Source of the DNA: the human T2T-CHM13v2.0 reference genome, Homo sapiens
Assembly: GCF_009914755.1 (NCBI RefSeq)
Contig: NC_060926.1
Length of the DNA stretch: 64,000 nt
Direction: 5' to 3' (one strand)
Part shown: positions 40,050 through 52,130 of the stretch, in pieces
Numbering within the stretch: the first letter of the stretch is position 1
Layout: every line of letters starts with the position of its first letter
Program-made: the position numbers and the translations under genes
The notes under the pieces: generated by a model
What the model saw: only the letters and a program-made list of their open reading frames with translations
What the model was told of the DNA's origin: nothing
Database searches by the model: none

Positions 40050-40387
40050 TGCAGTAGACTGAATGTCTGTCCCCTCAAATCTGAAACGTTGAAATCATTT
40101 GGGAAAACTGAAATCAGTTGGTCTTTGGGAAGGCATGAGGGTGAAACCCTCCTGAATAGGATGAGTTCTCCCATAGAAGAGGCCCTGAGAGCTGCCCTGC
40201 CCCTTTCCCCAGGTGAAGACACAGCCAGATGGTGTCTTCTGGAAGGGAAGAGGGCCCTGCAGACACCGCATCGGCAAGCACCTTGGTCTCAGACTTCCAG
40301 CCTCCGGAGCTGTGAGACAGGTCTCTGTGGTTTAGAATCCACCCAGGCTGTGTGATTCTGCTGTAGCAGCCTTAATGGACTAAGATA
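40050..40387 (+). mobile_element. MLT1A-type solo LTR with a 5-bp TSD
   Basis: TGCAGTAGACTGAATGT..GACTTCCAGCCTCC..GACTAAGATA; CAAGG on both sides (40045-40049 and 40388-40392). Confidence 0.88.
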
Positions 40388-41137
40388 CAAGGTAAAATGT
40401 CATTTGCTAAAGGAAGTAAAAGAACTGGAGACATTAAAAATATACAGGAAACCTGCACATTTATCAGAAAAAATAAAAAGCTGTCATGTGCCCATGAAAC
40501 CAAGTGCTAAAACAATATCTACAGTTTCTTATTTCATTGTAGTCAAATTGCTATCTGTTCTCGATGACCAACTTCAAACAGCCTCTTGTCTCTGAGGCTT
40601 CCCTTGCTAACTCCTCATGAGTTTCCCTCCTACTTCCACAGCCTGCTGGGATTTTTGGCATCCAGACTGCCTTCTCCCATACAGATAACTCCTCTAACCC
40701 CTTCAGTCATGCACATTTATGGCAATGTTTCTGTGTAATTGCATCTGTGTCTGCCTTGTTCAAAAAAATATTTACTTTATCAGCATCTTAAATGTAACAG
40801 TTCATTTTATCGATGAGGAATCACTAAGGAAATCTCTAAGCAGCAAGCTGATCCCCAAGTTCACATCGCATATGATCAACGTACCTACGTGTATTGCCAA
40901 ATCTATTCCTTTCCTTAAATTGAGTCTAAACTGGACAGACATTTAATTTCAGAAAATGGATTATTGAATTTGCTGTACATATGAGTCAACTTCAAGAAAC
41001 CCTAGGCCACTTCCCGGTTGTAAGCCACATAACCAAGAAAGTCTAACTGACCAGTGCAGGCAAAGCCGAAGTCAGCACTTGTTTAAAGACTAACCAGACA
41101 CCAGAGGCTTCTCACCAAATCCAGAAATTTCACAAAG

Positions 41138-42692
41138 CTGGTGTTTCATTTCCTCCCAGCCTCCTCGCCTGCACTGGGTCTGGTCTTTCATTTCCTCCCG
41201 GCCTCCTCGCCTGCACTGCGTCTGGTGTTTCAGATCCTCCCGGCCTCCTCGCCTGCACTGGGTCTGGTGTTTCATTTCCTCCCTGCCTCCTCGCCTGCAC
41301 TGGGTCTGGTGTTTCATTTCCTCCCTGCCTCCTCGCCTGCACTGGGTCTGGTGTTTCATTTCCTCCCGGCCTCCTCGCCTGCACTGCGTCTGGTGTTTCA
41401 GATCCTCCCGGCCTCCTCGCCTGCACTGGGTCTGGTGTTTCATTTCCTCCCAGGGTCCTCGCCTGCACTGGGTCTGGTGTTTCATTTCCTCCCGGCCTCC
41501 TCGCCTGCACTGGGTCTGGTGTTTCAGTTCCTCCCGGCCTCCTCGCCTGCACTGGGTCTGGTGTTTCATTTCCTCCCGGCCTCCTCGCCTGCACTGGGTC
41601 TGGTGTTTCATTTCCTCCCTGCCTTCTCGCCTGCACTGGGTCTGGTGTTTCATTTCCTCCCGGCCTCCTCGCCTGCACTGGGTCTGGTGTTTCATTTCCT
41701 CCCGGCCTCCTCGCCTGCACTGCGTCTGGTGTTTCAGATCCTCCCGGCCTCCTCGCCTGCACTGGGTCTGGTGTTTCATTTCCTCCCAGGGTCCTCGCCT
41801 GCACTGGGTCTGGTGTTTCATTTCCTCCCGGCCTCCTCGCCTGCACTGGGTCTGGTGTTTCAGTTCCTCCCGGCCTCCTCGCCTGCACTGGGTCTGGTGT
41901 TTCATTTCCTCCCGGCCTCCTCGCCTGCACTGGGTCTGGTGTTTCATTTCCTCCCGGGGTCCTCGCCTGCACTGCGTCTGGTGTTTCAGTTCCTCCCGGG
42001 CTCCTCGCCTGCACTGGGTCTGGTGTTTCATTTCCTCCCGGCCTCCTCGCCTGCACTGCGTCTGGTGTTTCAGTTCCTCCCGGCCTCCTCGCCTGCACTG
42101 CGTCTGGTGTTTCAGTTCCTCCCGGCCTCCTCGCCTGCACTGCGTCTGGTGTTTCATTTCCTCCCGGCCTCCTCGCCTGCAATGGGTCTGGTGTTTCATT
42201 TCCTCCCGGCCTCCTCGCCTGCACTGCGTCTGGTGTTTCAGTTCCTCCCGGCCTCCTCGCCTGCACTGGGTCTGGTGTTTCATTTCCTCCCGGCCTCCTC
42301 GCCTGCACTGGGTCTGGTGTTTCATTTCCTCCCGGCCTCCTCGCCTGCACTGGGTCTGGTGTTTCATTTCCTCCCTGCCTTCTCGCCTGCACTGGGTCTG
42401 GTGTTTCATTTCCTCCCGGACTCCTCGCCTGCACTGGGTCTGGTGTTTCATTTCCTCCCGGCCTCCTCGCCTGCACTGGGTCTGGTGTTTCATTTCCTCC
42501 CGGCCTCCTCGCCTGCACTGGGTCTGGTGTTTCATTTCCTCCCGGGGTCCTCGCCTGCACTGCGTCTGGTGTTTCAGTTCCTCCCGGGCTCCTCGCCTGC
42601 ACTGGGTCTGGTGTTTCATTTCCTCCCGGCCTCCTCGCCTGCACTGGGTCTGGTATTTCAGTTCCTCCTGGGGTCCTCACCTTCACTGGGTC
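41138..42692. repeat. VNTR, 42-bp unit, about 37 copies
   Basis: Unit CTGGTGTTTCATTTCCTCCCGGCCTCCTCGCCTGCACTGGGT with interspersed variant units. Confidence 0.98.
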
Positions 42693-42789
42693 ACCAGGGG
42701 AGTTGCTGTGCCTCTGCTGTGCCCTTCGTTTGCTGTGACCCCACATCTTAACACTCTGCCTTCTCATAAGCTGAATTGCTTTATTTAAT

Positions 42790-43800
42790 TAATTCAAGTC
42801 AGTTTATTTCCACAGACATTCCTGAGGGCCCACAGCAAGTCGGAAACCAAGCTCAGCACTAGGGAGATGAGGATGACCCAACAGCCTCTGCACCCCAGGG
42901 CTGGCGATCTACTGGAAAGTGATAGTATTGTGAAAACTGCATAAAATATGAACCAGGGAGTGAAATATTAGCAGAGGAGGTGATAGCGCTCCAAGAAGAG
43001 AGAGCAGTGTAGGCAAGTTAGGAAACACAACTTCAACATCGGACCTGTGTCTTGAAGAATGATTAAGCGTCTGTGGGTGCAGCACCCTGAAAGGACAACA
43101 CGCAGAAGATGGTTGGGAGCGAGGGCAGAGCTCTGCGAATGTTCAGAGGTGGGAGACGGCTGTGGAGTGAGGGCAGAGCTCTGCGACTGTTCAGAGGCTG
43201 TGGCGAAGCTGGGACACCCCACAGGAGACGGCTGTGGAGCGAGGGCAGAGCTCTGCAAATGTTCAGAGGTGGGAGACGGCTGTGGAGCAAGGGCAGAGCT
43301 CTGCGAATGTTCAGAGGCTGTGGCGAAGCTCAGACACCCCACAGGAGACGGCTGTGGAGCGAGGGCAGAGCTCTGCAAATGTTGAGAGGCTCTGGTGAAA
43401 CTGGGACCATCCACAGGAGATGGCTGTGGAGCGAGGGCAAAGCTCTGCAAATGTTGAGAGGCTGTGGTGAAACTGGGACCATCCACAGGAGACGGCTGTG
43501 GAGCGAGGGCAGAGCTCTGCAAATGTTCAGAGGCGGGAGACGGCTGTGGAGCGAGGGCAGAGCTCTGCGAATGTTCAGAGGCTGTGGCAAAGCCAGGACC
43601 GCTAAGCACAGTGGCCAGGTAGGAGCCGCCGGGTGCTGTCCAGTTGGCGAAGGGCCTTGGTTATCTCCATGTGAACTTAGGGATGTGTCTCATACGCAAT
43701 GGAAAGGCTGGCAGAGGAACATAAGAGGGAGGCCTGTGCTTTAGAAATGTAACACCAGCAGCCTGTAAGAAAATGGGATGAAAAGGAAAAGATCCTTAGA
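42790..43800 (-). mobile_element. L2 relic containing a VNTR
   Basis: Reversed L2 tail-like start at 42790-42920; after the array, AGGGCCTTGG..GCAATGGAAAGGC..TTTAGAAATGTAACAC..AGAAAATGGGATG in L2 order. Confidence 0.55.
43116..43592. repeat. Composite VNTR with 48-bp (S) and 72-bp (L) units
   Basis: Shared GGAGCGAGGGCAGAGCTCTGCRAATGTTCAGAGG; order S L S L L L S plus a partial unit. Confidence 0.93.
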
Positions 43801-44758
43801 AAGGAAACAAACAGCTTTAAAACTATTCAAGTGGTAGTCAACATAAGATACGAGTGAGGAAGTTTTACTTGAAGGTAATAGCAATAGAAGGGGAAAAGAA
43901 GAAATGGGGTCAAATTCAAGAGACTTTCCTATGGAAAAGCCTAATTCTGTGAAAAGAAGCCTTAAAGACTGGAATTTCCTGGGAAGCAGAGCCGTTTCTG
44001 CTCCCCAAGCCCGGGCAGGCAAAGGCCAGCACCTCTTCCAATCAGTTCACACATGTGCGGTTCAGGCTGCTGAGAACTTTCACCACCACTCTTGCCTGGG
44101 GTATGTGTCCATAGTCTCTGCTTGATGTGTTTTATTTGTTTCTTCTTCAGGTTTCAGTAAATTTGCAATAAGCTCCAACAATTTTCTTATTTGATCAGCC
44201 TTGTAGGGAAATGCAAATAAAACAACATAGAGAACTTTCAGCTCTGGACAAGATAGAGGAGACACATGATTCCTATTTCTCCACCTCAGTTCCACAGACA
44301 CACCTGGACGTGACACAGGAAACACACCGAAGGCCGCTGTGGAAGGGGCAGGGGTGACAGCAGACGGGACAGAGGCCTCGGATCCAGGGGACAACACATC
44401 TGCCTTTTCTTCTTGTTTTTATAGTTTAGTTTGTTTTTTCTCTGTAGAGAGAAACCTAAAACCTAGAAACACTAACTGGTAAAAACAAAAAGGGCTCCTT
44501 GATCTCCTCAGACAGAGGACTGGGAAGGGGACCCCAGAAAGTCTAGGACTGGAGGCAGAGGCCATTTGATGCTTCAGACGTAAGCTGCCGTCTCCCATTC
44601 ACTTTTACCAGAATCCCACATTACAGGTTACAGGATGAGTAATCAGGAATTATTATTTGTGCATAAATCCTTGAAGGTGGCCCAACATATTTGCCTAGAA
44701 AGGAGGGAATCAACTCCTGGAGCCTCGTGAAGTGGCGTATCTGATCAGTAATGCACAC

Positions 44759-45751
44759 TGTGAAGTGGAAGGACCTTACTATTCATCTGTGTGAAGGGGA
44801 AGGACCTTAGTATTCATGTATGTGAGGTGGAAGGACCTTAGTATTCATGTATATGAAGGGGAAGGAGCTTAGTCTTCATGTATGTGAGGTGGAAGGACCT
44901 TAGTCTTCATGTATGTGAGGTGGAAGGACCTTACTATTCATGTATGTGAGGTGGAAGGACCTTACTATTCATGTATGTGAGGGGGAAGGACCTTAGTATT
45001 CATGTATGTGAAGGGAAGGACCGTAGTATTCATGTATGTGAGGTGGAAGGACCTTAGTATTCATGTATGTGAGGTGGAAGGACCTTAGTATTCATGTATG
45101 TGAGGGGGAAGGACCTTAGGATTCATGTATGTGATGTAGAAGGACCTTAGTATTCATGTATGTGAAGGGGAAGGACCTTAGTATTCATGTATGTGAAGGG
45201 GAAGGACCTTAGTATTCATGTGTGTGAGGGGGAAGGACCTTAGTATTCATGTATGTGAGGGGGAAGGGCCTTAGGATTCATGTATGTGACGTGGAAGGAC
45301 CTTAGTATTCATGTATGTGAAGGGGAAGGACCTTAGTATTCATGTATGTGAAGGGGAAGGACCTTAGTATTCATGTGTGTGAGGGGGAAGGACCTTAGTA
45401 TTCATGTATGTGAGGGGGAAGGACCTTAGTATTCATGTATGTGAGGGCGAAGGACCTTAGTATTCATGTATGTGAAGGGGAAGGACCTTAGTATTCATGT
45501 ATGTGAAGGGGAAGGACCTTAGTATTCATGTATGTGAGGTGGAAGGACCTTAGTATTCATGTATCTGAGGAGGAAGGACCTTAGTATTCATGTATGTGAG
45601 GTGGAAGGACCTTAGTATTCATGTATATGAAGGGGAAGGACCTTAGTATTCATGTATGTGAGGGTGAAGGGCCTTAGTATTCATGTATGTGAAGGGGAAG
45701 GACCTTAGTATTCATGTATGTGAGGTGGAAGGACCTTAGTATTCATGTATT
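44759..45751. repeat. VNTR, 31-bp unit, about 32 copies
   Basis: Unit TGTGARGKGGAAGGACCTTAGTATTCATGTA. Confidence 0.97.
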
Positions 45752-45925
45752 GGTTATGGTTTCACCACTGAATGACACTGGACAAGTTATTCGGACAGTC
45801 TAAAACTCAGTATGCTAAATTCATAACACGGGGGTAATATCAATATCTATGTCATAAGTTAGCATTGAGAGGAAATGTGCGTAAAGTGCCTAGAACATGG
45901 GAAGCTTGCAGAGAATGTTGGCTAA
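45752..45925 (+). mobile_element. MIR body directly after the 31-bp VNTR
   Basis: CACCACT..GGACAAGTTATT..CTCAGT..GGGGGTAATA..GTAAAGTGCCTAGAACA..AATGTTGGCT. Confidence 0.65.
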
Positions 45926-46471
45926 TTCAATGATCATTGTCATTCTTTTCCTCGTCATCACTATCATCATTTGATGTTTATTTTGGAGACAACATTAGTA
46001 ATCAAATCCCATAAATGTCAACACTTAGATTCCACAAGAAACACTGGAAATGTTACAAAAGGCACTGAAGAGCTGGTTATTGCTCTTATTCTGCAAGTTA
46101 ACAAACTTCCAGCCTCCGTGTGGAATGGCAAACCAGATGCATGTGTGTGATCCTTCAGAGGGAAAATAAAGCTGTTCATGGCAGACTTACACACACATGT
46201 ATTCAAAACACAGTATGTGTGTTTCCGCACTGAAAAATCTTTTATGTGGAAATTATTTTGAGTAAAAGTGTGACGGAGACTAACTGGCTGTTCCTCAAAT
46301 CACCTTCCTTCTTCTCCTGATCACAGAGATAATCTCCATCTAACCTCCACCCACTCTTCAAAGTCTGGTATGGCCATGAGTTGAGTCCCAGTCGATGGGA
46401 TATGAGTAGAAATAATCCATGCAACTCCCAGACCTGGCTTCTGAATGCCCCTGCACAGTGTTGTACCTGCA

Positions 46472-47246
46472 GGGATGCTGGTGCTGACCATGGTCCAGAA
46501 CCCACAGGCACAAGATGGAAGGCCCCTTCCACGCTCTCCCAATGACTGGGCACCACAGGGATGCCGGTGCTGACCGTGATCCAGGAACCCACATGCAGAA
46601 GATGGAAGGCCCCTTCCACGCCGTCCCAATGACTGGGCACCACAGGGATGCCGGTGCTGACCGTGATCCAGAACCCACAGGCAGAAGATGGAAGGCCCCG
46701 TCCATGCTCTCCCAATGACTGGGCACCACAGGGATGCCGGTGCTGACCGTGATCCAGAACACACAGGCAGTAGATGGAAGGCCCCGTCCATGCTCTCCCA
46801 ATGACTGGGCACCACAGGGATGCCGGTGCTGACCGTGATCCAGAACACACAGGCAGTAGATGGAAGGCCCCGTCCATGCTCTCCCAATGACTGGGCACCA
46901 CAGGGATGCCGGTGCTGACCGTGATCCAGAACCCACAGGCAGAAGATGGAAGGCCCCGTCCGTGCTCTCCCAATGACTGGGCACCACAGGGATGCCGGTG
47001 CTGACCGTGATCCAGAACCCACAGGCAGAAGATGGAAGGCCCCGTCCACGCTCTCCCAATGACTGGGCACCACAGGGATGCCGGTGCTGACCATGATCCA
47101 GAACCCACATGCAGAAGATGGAAGGCCCCTTCCACGCCCTCCCAATGACTGGGCACCACAGGGATGCCGGTGCTGACCGTGATCCAGAACCCACATGCAG
47201 AAGATGGAAGGCCCTGTCCACGCCTCCCAATGACTGGGCACCACAG
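46472..47246. repeat. VNTR, 86-bp unit, 9 copies
   Basis: Unit GGGATGCCGGTGCTGACCGTGATCCAGAACCCACAGGCAGAAGATGGAAGGCCCCGTCCAYGCTCTCCCAATGACTGGGCACCACA. Confidence 0.97.
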
Positions 47247-47803
47247 AGACTCCACCCTTCACTGCCAAACAGGAAGAGCTCCCCAGGGTCACTGCATTCT
47301 TCTGTAACTGTTTTTGTGTGAAACCCTTGCCATTTGGGGGTTTTTACAGCAGCTATAATTAATGAATACAGATCAGCATATTGAAGTTGAATGCTGACAT
47401 GATAATAATACAAGTTACTTACTTGGAGTTGATGTGTAAATTACACGAGGCATAGAACGATGCGGACTCCAGACCTGCACCGCGGAAAACTCACTAAAGC
47501 TGTCTCCAAAGGGCTGCGAAGGCGACCATGCCTCTACCCAACGTGCCACTCTCAGAAAACCACCAGAGGGGCCAGTGACAGAGACTATTGTGTTTCGCTT
47601 ACTGTGTTAAGTTATACCAAGGGAAAATTATCTTTGAAAATATTAGACATTTTGCCAGCAGAAATAATTGGATCCTCAAAGGCTTGGAAACATTGTCTTC
47701 TTCTAGAACTCAAATAATAGGAAATAAAACCGGAAATAAAAAAGAAATGCTTTGAGAAAAATGTTAAAAGCCCAGAAAAGTTTCTAGTTGAAGAAGAAAA
47801 TGT

Positions 47804-47895
47804 ATCCTTGTGGCAGAAAGCAACCTAAAGACATCCGCTTTTGACCTAAACGGTGCTTCCATGTGTCTTCAGAAGAGCCACTGCTAAGTTGAAAA
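47804..47895 (+). repeat. Dispersed 92-bp duplication, copy A
   Basis: 84/92 identical to 50594-50685 by eye, with no gaps. Confidence 0.92.
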
Positions 47896-47899
47896 TGCA

Positions 47900-48650
47900 C
47901 GGTATGGGGACAAGCTCCTTCTTATGTGTAGAGAAACAAATTCAGTGCGGTTATGGAGCCCAGCACAGGACACAGGATCCCGAAACATGGTCCCCACATC
48001 AGAAACTGCACAGTGGAAACGCCATGCGATAGCCACGCATCCACCACCCAGGACAGGATGTGAGGGAAGCAGAGGCGGCACGTTCCAAGGACGTGCTAGG
48101 TTTGCAGCCATCAGGACTCGCATATGCTACTGGTAGAGTATGAATTACTAAAACCACGTGGGGGAAAAAGTGTAGCAATATCCACCAAAGCTGAACACGC
48201 GCCTACCTACCCACGAAGGTGTACAAGTAAGTTTACCAAAAACATGCTTATAGATGCAGCATCCACACTAGCAACAAAACACGACTAGAAACTACTAGAA
48301 GGTCCTTCAGCAGTGGAATGGATAATTAAATAGACTGTAATATTTTCGCACCATGGCACACCATGCAGTCATGAACACAAGATGCCTACAACTGCACACA
48401 GCAGTGGGGCTGCAACCTCACAGACCAAACATGGAGCAGAATAAAACAGACACAAGCAAAATACGATGCGTGATTCCATTTATATTCAGGCAGACACAGG
48501 CCCAGCTGATCTGGGCTCTTAGGAACTGGGTGATTGTGAACCTCGGGATAGTGGCTGAAGGCGGGGGTGGGAGTTTGTACATGGCTGTAACGGTCTCTCG
48601 AGGTGGATGCTGGGTGCATGGTTGTGTTGGGCTGGTGGTCACTCACTGAT
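47900..48650 (+). mobile_element. L1ME-type ORF2 end / 3' UTR relic
   Basis: GCAATATCCACCAAAGCTGAACAC; CAGTGGAATGGATAA; TGATTCCATTTATAT. Confidence 0.65.
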
Positions 48651-49274
48651 TAGTGATGTTCAATCTCCACCACCCCACCGAAGGCAGGCTCATCAATGAC
48701 TCATGGGGTGGAGAAGGAATAATCTCACAGGAAACAGGGCCCAACCAAAGGGGCCCCCAAATCCAACCGCCAAATCCACGGCATAGAGCCTCACGCTGCC
48801 CACCTGGTGGGGCTTTGATCGCTGTGGGTCCATGTTCACAATCTTATTCTTTTTTATCCATGGGAGCATCCTAACCTACCTCGCTCTGCCTTTTGAGAGA
48901 TGGAAAATGTGTCTAATTGACAGTGTGGTGAACAAGAAGTGCCATCGTGGGCTGATGAAGAGGACCGCACAGTGCCCAGAGGGTGTGGACTTTGAGCTGG
49001 GTGCAGCGGCTGGATGGGGCTTTGGGTGTCTCATTTAGGAGAAGGGGGAGAAGGACTCTGCGGTGAGACTAGCTAATGACCCAGCCCATTTCTTCTTCAC
49101 CCAGGATACAGAGAAAGTCCCCAGCCCGCCTCAGGCTCAGATGTACTTGATTCTCCGCAGACCACCAGGGTGGAGGCCTCCTGCCCCCCAGGCCAAGCAG
49201 CCAGTCTCCCTGAGCAGACACAGAAGTCAGAAATAATGTTCTGTGATCTTCGGCCAGTGAAACCTGTGGATTTG

Positions 49275-49340
49275 CTTATTACAGGGGCCAGCATTACTTA
49301 TTACAGGGGCCAGCATTACTTATTACAGGGGCCATAATTA
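49275..49340. repeat. 22-bp triplication
   Basis: CTTATTACAGGGGCCAGCATTA twice, plus a variant third copy. Confidence 0.92.
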
Positions 49341-50540
49341 CTTGTGTAAAGTAATTTCTTTACACAAGCTACATAGTTGACTATAAGCTTTTAAGCCACA
49401 CCTCTGAATTTTCTTCATCTCTATGGCACTTACATGCTAACAAATACTGCAGGACGATTTTTCAGGTAACGGAGGAGAGGATATACCCAAAGTCTAACTC
49501 AGAGCAGACATTCACAAATTATGAGTCGTGACTATTTTTATCTTAAAAGTTTAATCTGTTTAGACTCCTTTTCCATGAAGACTTTCTACTTTATTAATCA
49601 CCCATTCTGTGTTCATGGAAATTCCTGCTTGGGGATGCATCCTTTTTCTACCTCCATTATTTAAAATACTGTGGGCACTTCCAAAATGTTGGTTGAAGAA
49701 GGAGGATAACATTGTCTCCCTCCTCAAGGAAAACACTAAATGCTCTGTCATTTTAAAATATTGCTCAAAATTGTCTTACAAGAAGATTCTACGACATCCT
49801 TATCCAAGGAAAAACATAAAGAGTTCATCGATTCTTCAGTGAGCACTGCCGAGAGACTTTCTTTCTTAATCCAACTTGTGATGAGTTTATTTAATTGTGG
49901 AAGGACTTTCACAAAATATTGGAATTCCTCACAGTTACTGGAGTGTGTCCTCTGATTATGAAATACAAGCAGGATTGCGGGAGCTTAGGAGTTAAATTGC
50001 TGAACCTTCTGTTGATCTGGCTGGAAGTGGCCTTTAAGTTATTCTAAATAATGCTTACACAATGCTGAAGTGCATAGAGTTTGGCAATCATGAGATTAAC
50101 TTTCCCTGAAACCACCCAGAAGATGCTTTATTCTATCAATTTCTCATGAAAAATCAATATGATTAACCTTGAAATTTATTTCTAACTGTGGAAGATGCAC
50201 ATTTCAAAACAGACTCTTGAGCTTCTTTTGTCCTATGAAACCAGCCATACTTCATGGAAAATAGGCAGTCAATCAGTGAATGTCTATTTCTGGCTATGAT
50301 TTCTACCCACAGAAACATATAGTAAATTCAATATGGCTCTTGAAAGCCTTTCAAAAGTTCTTTCTCTCTGGAAAATGCCTTGCGAATATGAATAATGTCT
50401 TTCTCCATTAGTGTGGCATGGCATTTATCTTTGTAGATTAAACAAGCGAATCAGCTGGGAACTTGTGCCTCAGAAGGCAACATCACAGCCACTTTATTAG
50501 AGAATGCCGGTAGCTGGAACCTTAATTTTGGAAGGACTTT

Positions 50541-50551
50541 CACACACACAC

Positions 50552-50588
<37 letters not shown>
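50541..50588. repeat. (CA)n microsatellite with one CG interruption
   Basis: Read directly. Confidence 0.98.
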
Positions 50589-50593
<5 letters not shown>

Positions 50594-50685
50594 ATCCTTG
50601 TTGCAGAAAGCAACCTAAAGACATCCCCTTTTGAGCTAAACAGTGCTCCCACGTGTCTTCAGAAGAGCCACTGCTAAATCGAAAA
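50594..50685 (+). repeat. Dispersed 92-bp duplication, copy B
   Basis: Matches 47804-47895. Confidence 0.92.
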
Positions 50686-51394
50686 GCTCCTTCTAATGTG
50701 GACAAAAACAAACTGCATCATCAGCCAATGAGACGAGACTGAACTTGCATCCTTTTCCCACGGCAGAGCATCTGGGAAGGGGGTTCGTGCCAGGTACTCA
50801 TATTTACCTAATCTACCTGTGTCAGAACAAAACCTGGGATGTGTCCTTCATGGCACTGGGGTGAGATGTTTTAGACTCATGCAAAAATGTCCATGAAATG
50901 TAATGCTTTTTCCACTCGTGAAGGAAAATATTTTCTGATATTAAAAAGATAGTCTTTGAAGGGATGTAATATTATTTGAGGCTCTGTGGTTGTGAACACT
51001 TTTCCTGCAGTTGGACTGCTTGATGCATTTTACACGAGTCTTTAACCAAAAGTGTTCAATGTGTGCAGCATGCCTGTCAGAGGCGTGAGGACGCAGCCTG
51101 ACTCCATCCCTATGGGAGGATTGACACACAGTCCCTGCGGGGAGGCCAAACATTCATGCGCAATGGTTGCAGGTCAAGGTGTGATAGGTAAGCAGCCTTT
51201 GTCCTCCACAATTTGGAGTTGTCTGGAGTTTCCACTGAAGTTGTTGCTGGCCATGGAGATATTGTGGCTCCCGACAGAGGGAAACTAAAGTGTCTGAATC
51301 ACATTGTCTGTATCACCACTCAGATCTGTCGGATCCCAGAAAGACCAACTGTCTCAAAACATATAGGTGCTATGCTGACTGCAAAGCACTTTCA

Positions 51395-52130
51395 GATAGA
51401 TACGTAGATAGACAATGGATAGTTATATAGATAGACGGTAGACAAACAGATGAGAGATGATAGAGTTAGAGGGATGAGACAATCAGATGATAGACAGATG
51501 ACGGACAGATAATAGATACATGATACATAGATAGATGATAGATAATAATAGATGATAGGTGGTAGATAATAATTGATGATTAGATAGATAGATGATAGAT
51601 AATGTTGGATGGATAGATGATAGATGATAGATAGATAGATAGTAGATGATAAAAAGACAGATGATAGAAAGATAGATAGATGATAGATAACAGATAGATG
51701 ATAAATGATAGATGATAGATAATGATAGATGATAGAGATATAGATGATAGATAGGTGATAAATAGATGATAGATAATAGGTGATAGATAATAGATGATAG
51801 ATGATAGAAAATAATAGATAGATGATAGATGATTAGATAGATGATAGGTAATGATGGATGGATAGATGATAGATAGAAAGATAGATGATAGATAGATGAT
51901 AGATAATAGATGATAGATAATGATAGATAGATGACAGATGATAGATAATGATAGAGAGATAGATGATAGATAGGTGATAGATGATAGATAGATGATAGAT
52001 AAATGATAGATAATAGATACATGATAGATCATAGATAGATGATAGATAATAGATGATGATTGATAGATAGATGATCGATAGAGAGGCAGAGATGGGTAGA
52101 TAGATCAATGATAGATGGAGATAGGCAAAC
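51395..52130. repeat. Degenerate (GATA/TAGA/GAT)n tract
   Basis: About 730 bp of GATAGATGATAGATAAT-type repeats. Confidence 0.96.

Noticed and set aside
41090-42767. ORFs of 509, 536 and 545 aa
   Set aside because: These are translations of a 42-bp tandem unit on both strands, with no domain, splice context or unique coding sequence.
49600-49960. Unique region with short open frames on both strands, a possible exon
   Set aside because: No recognisable protein and no convincing splice-site pair.
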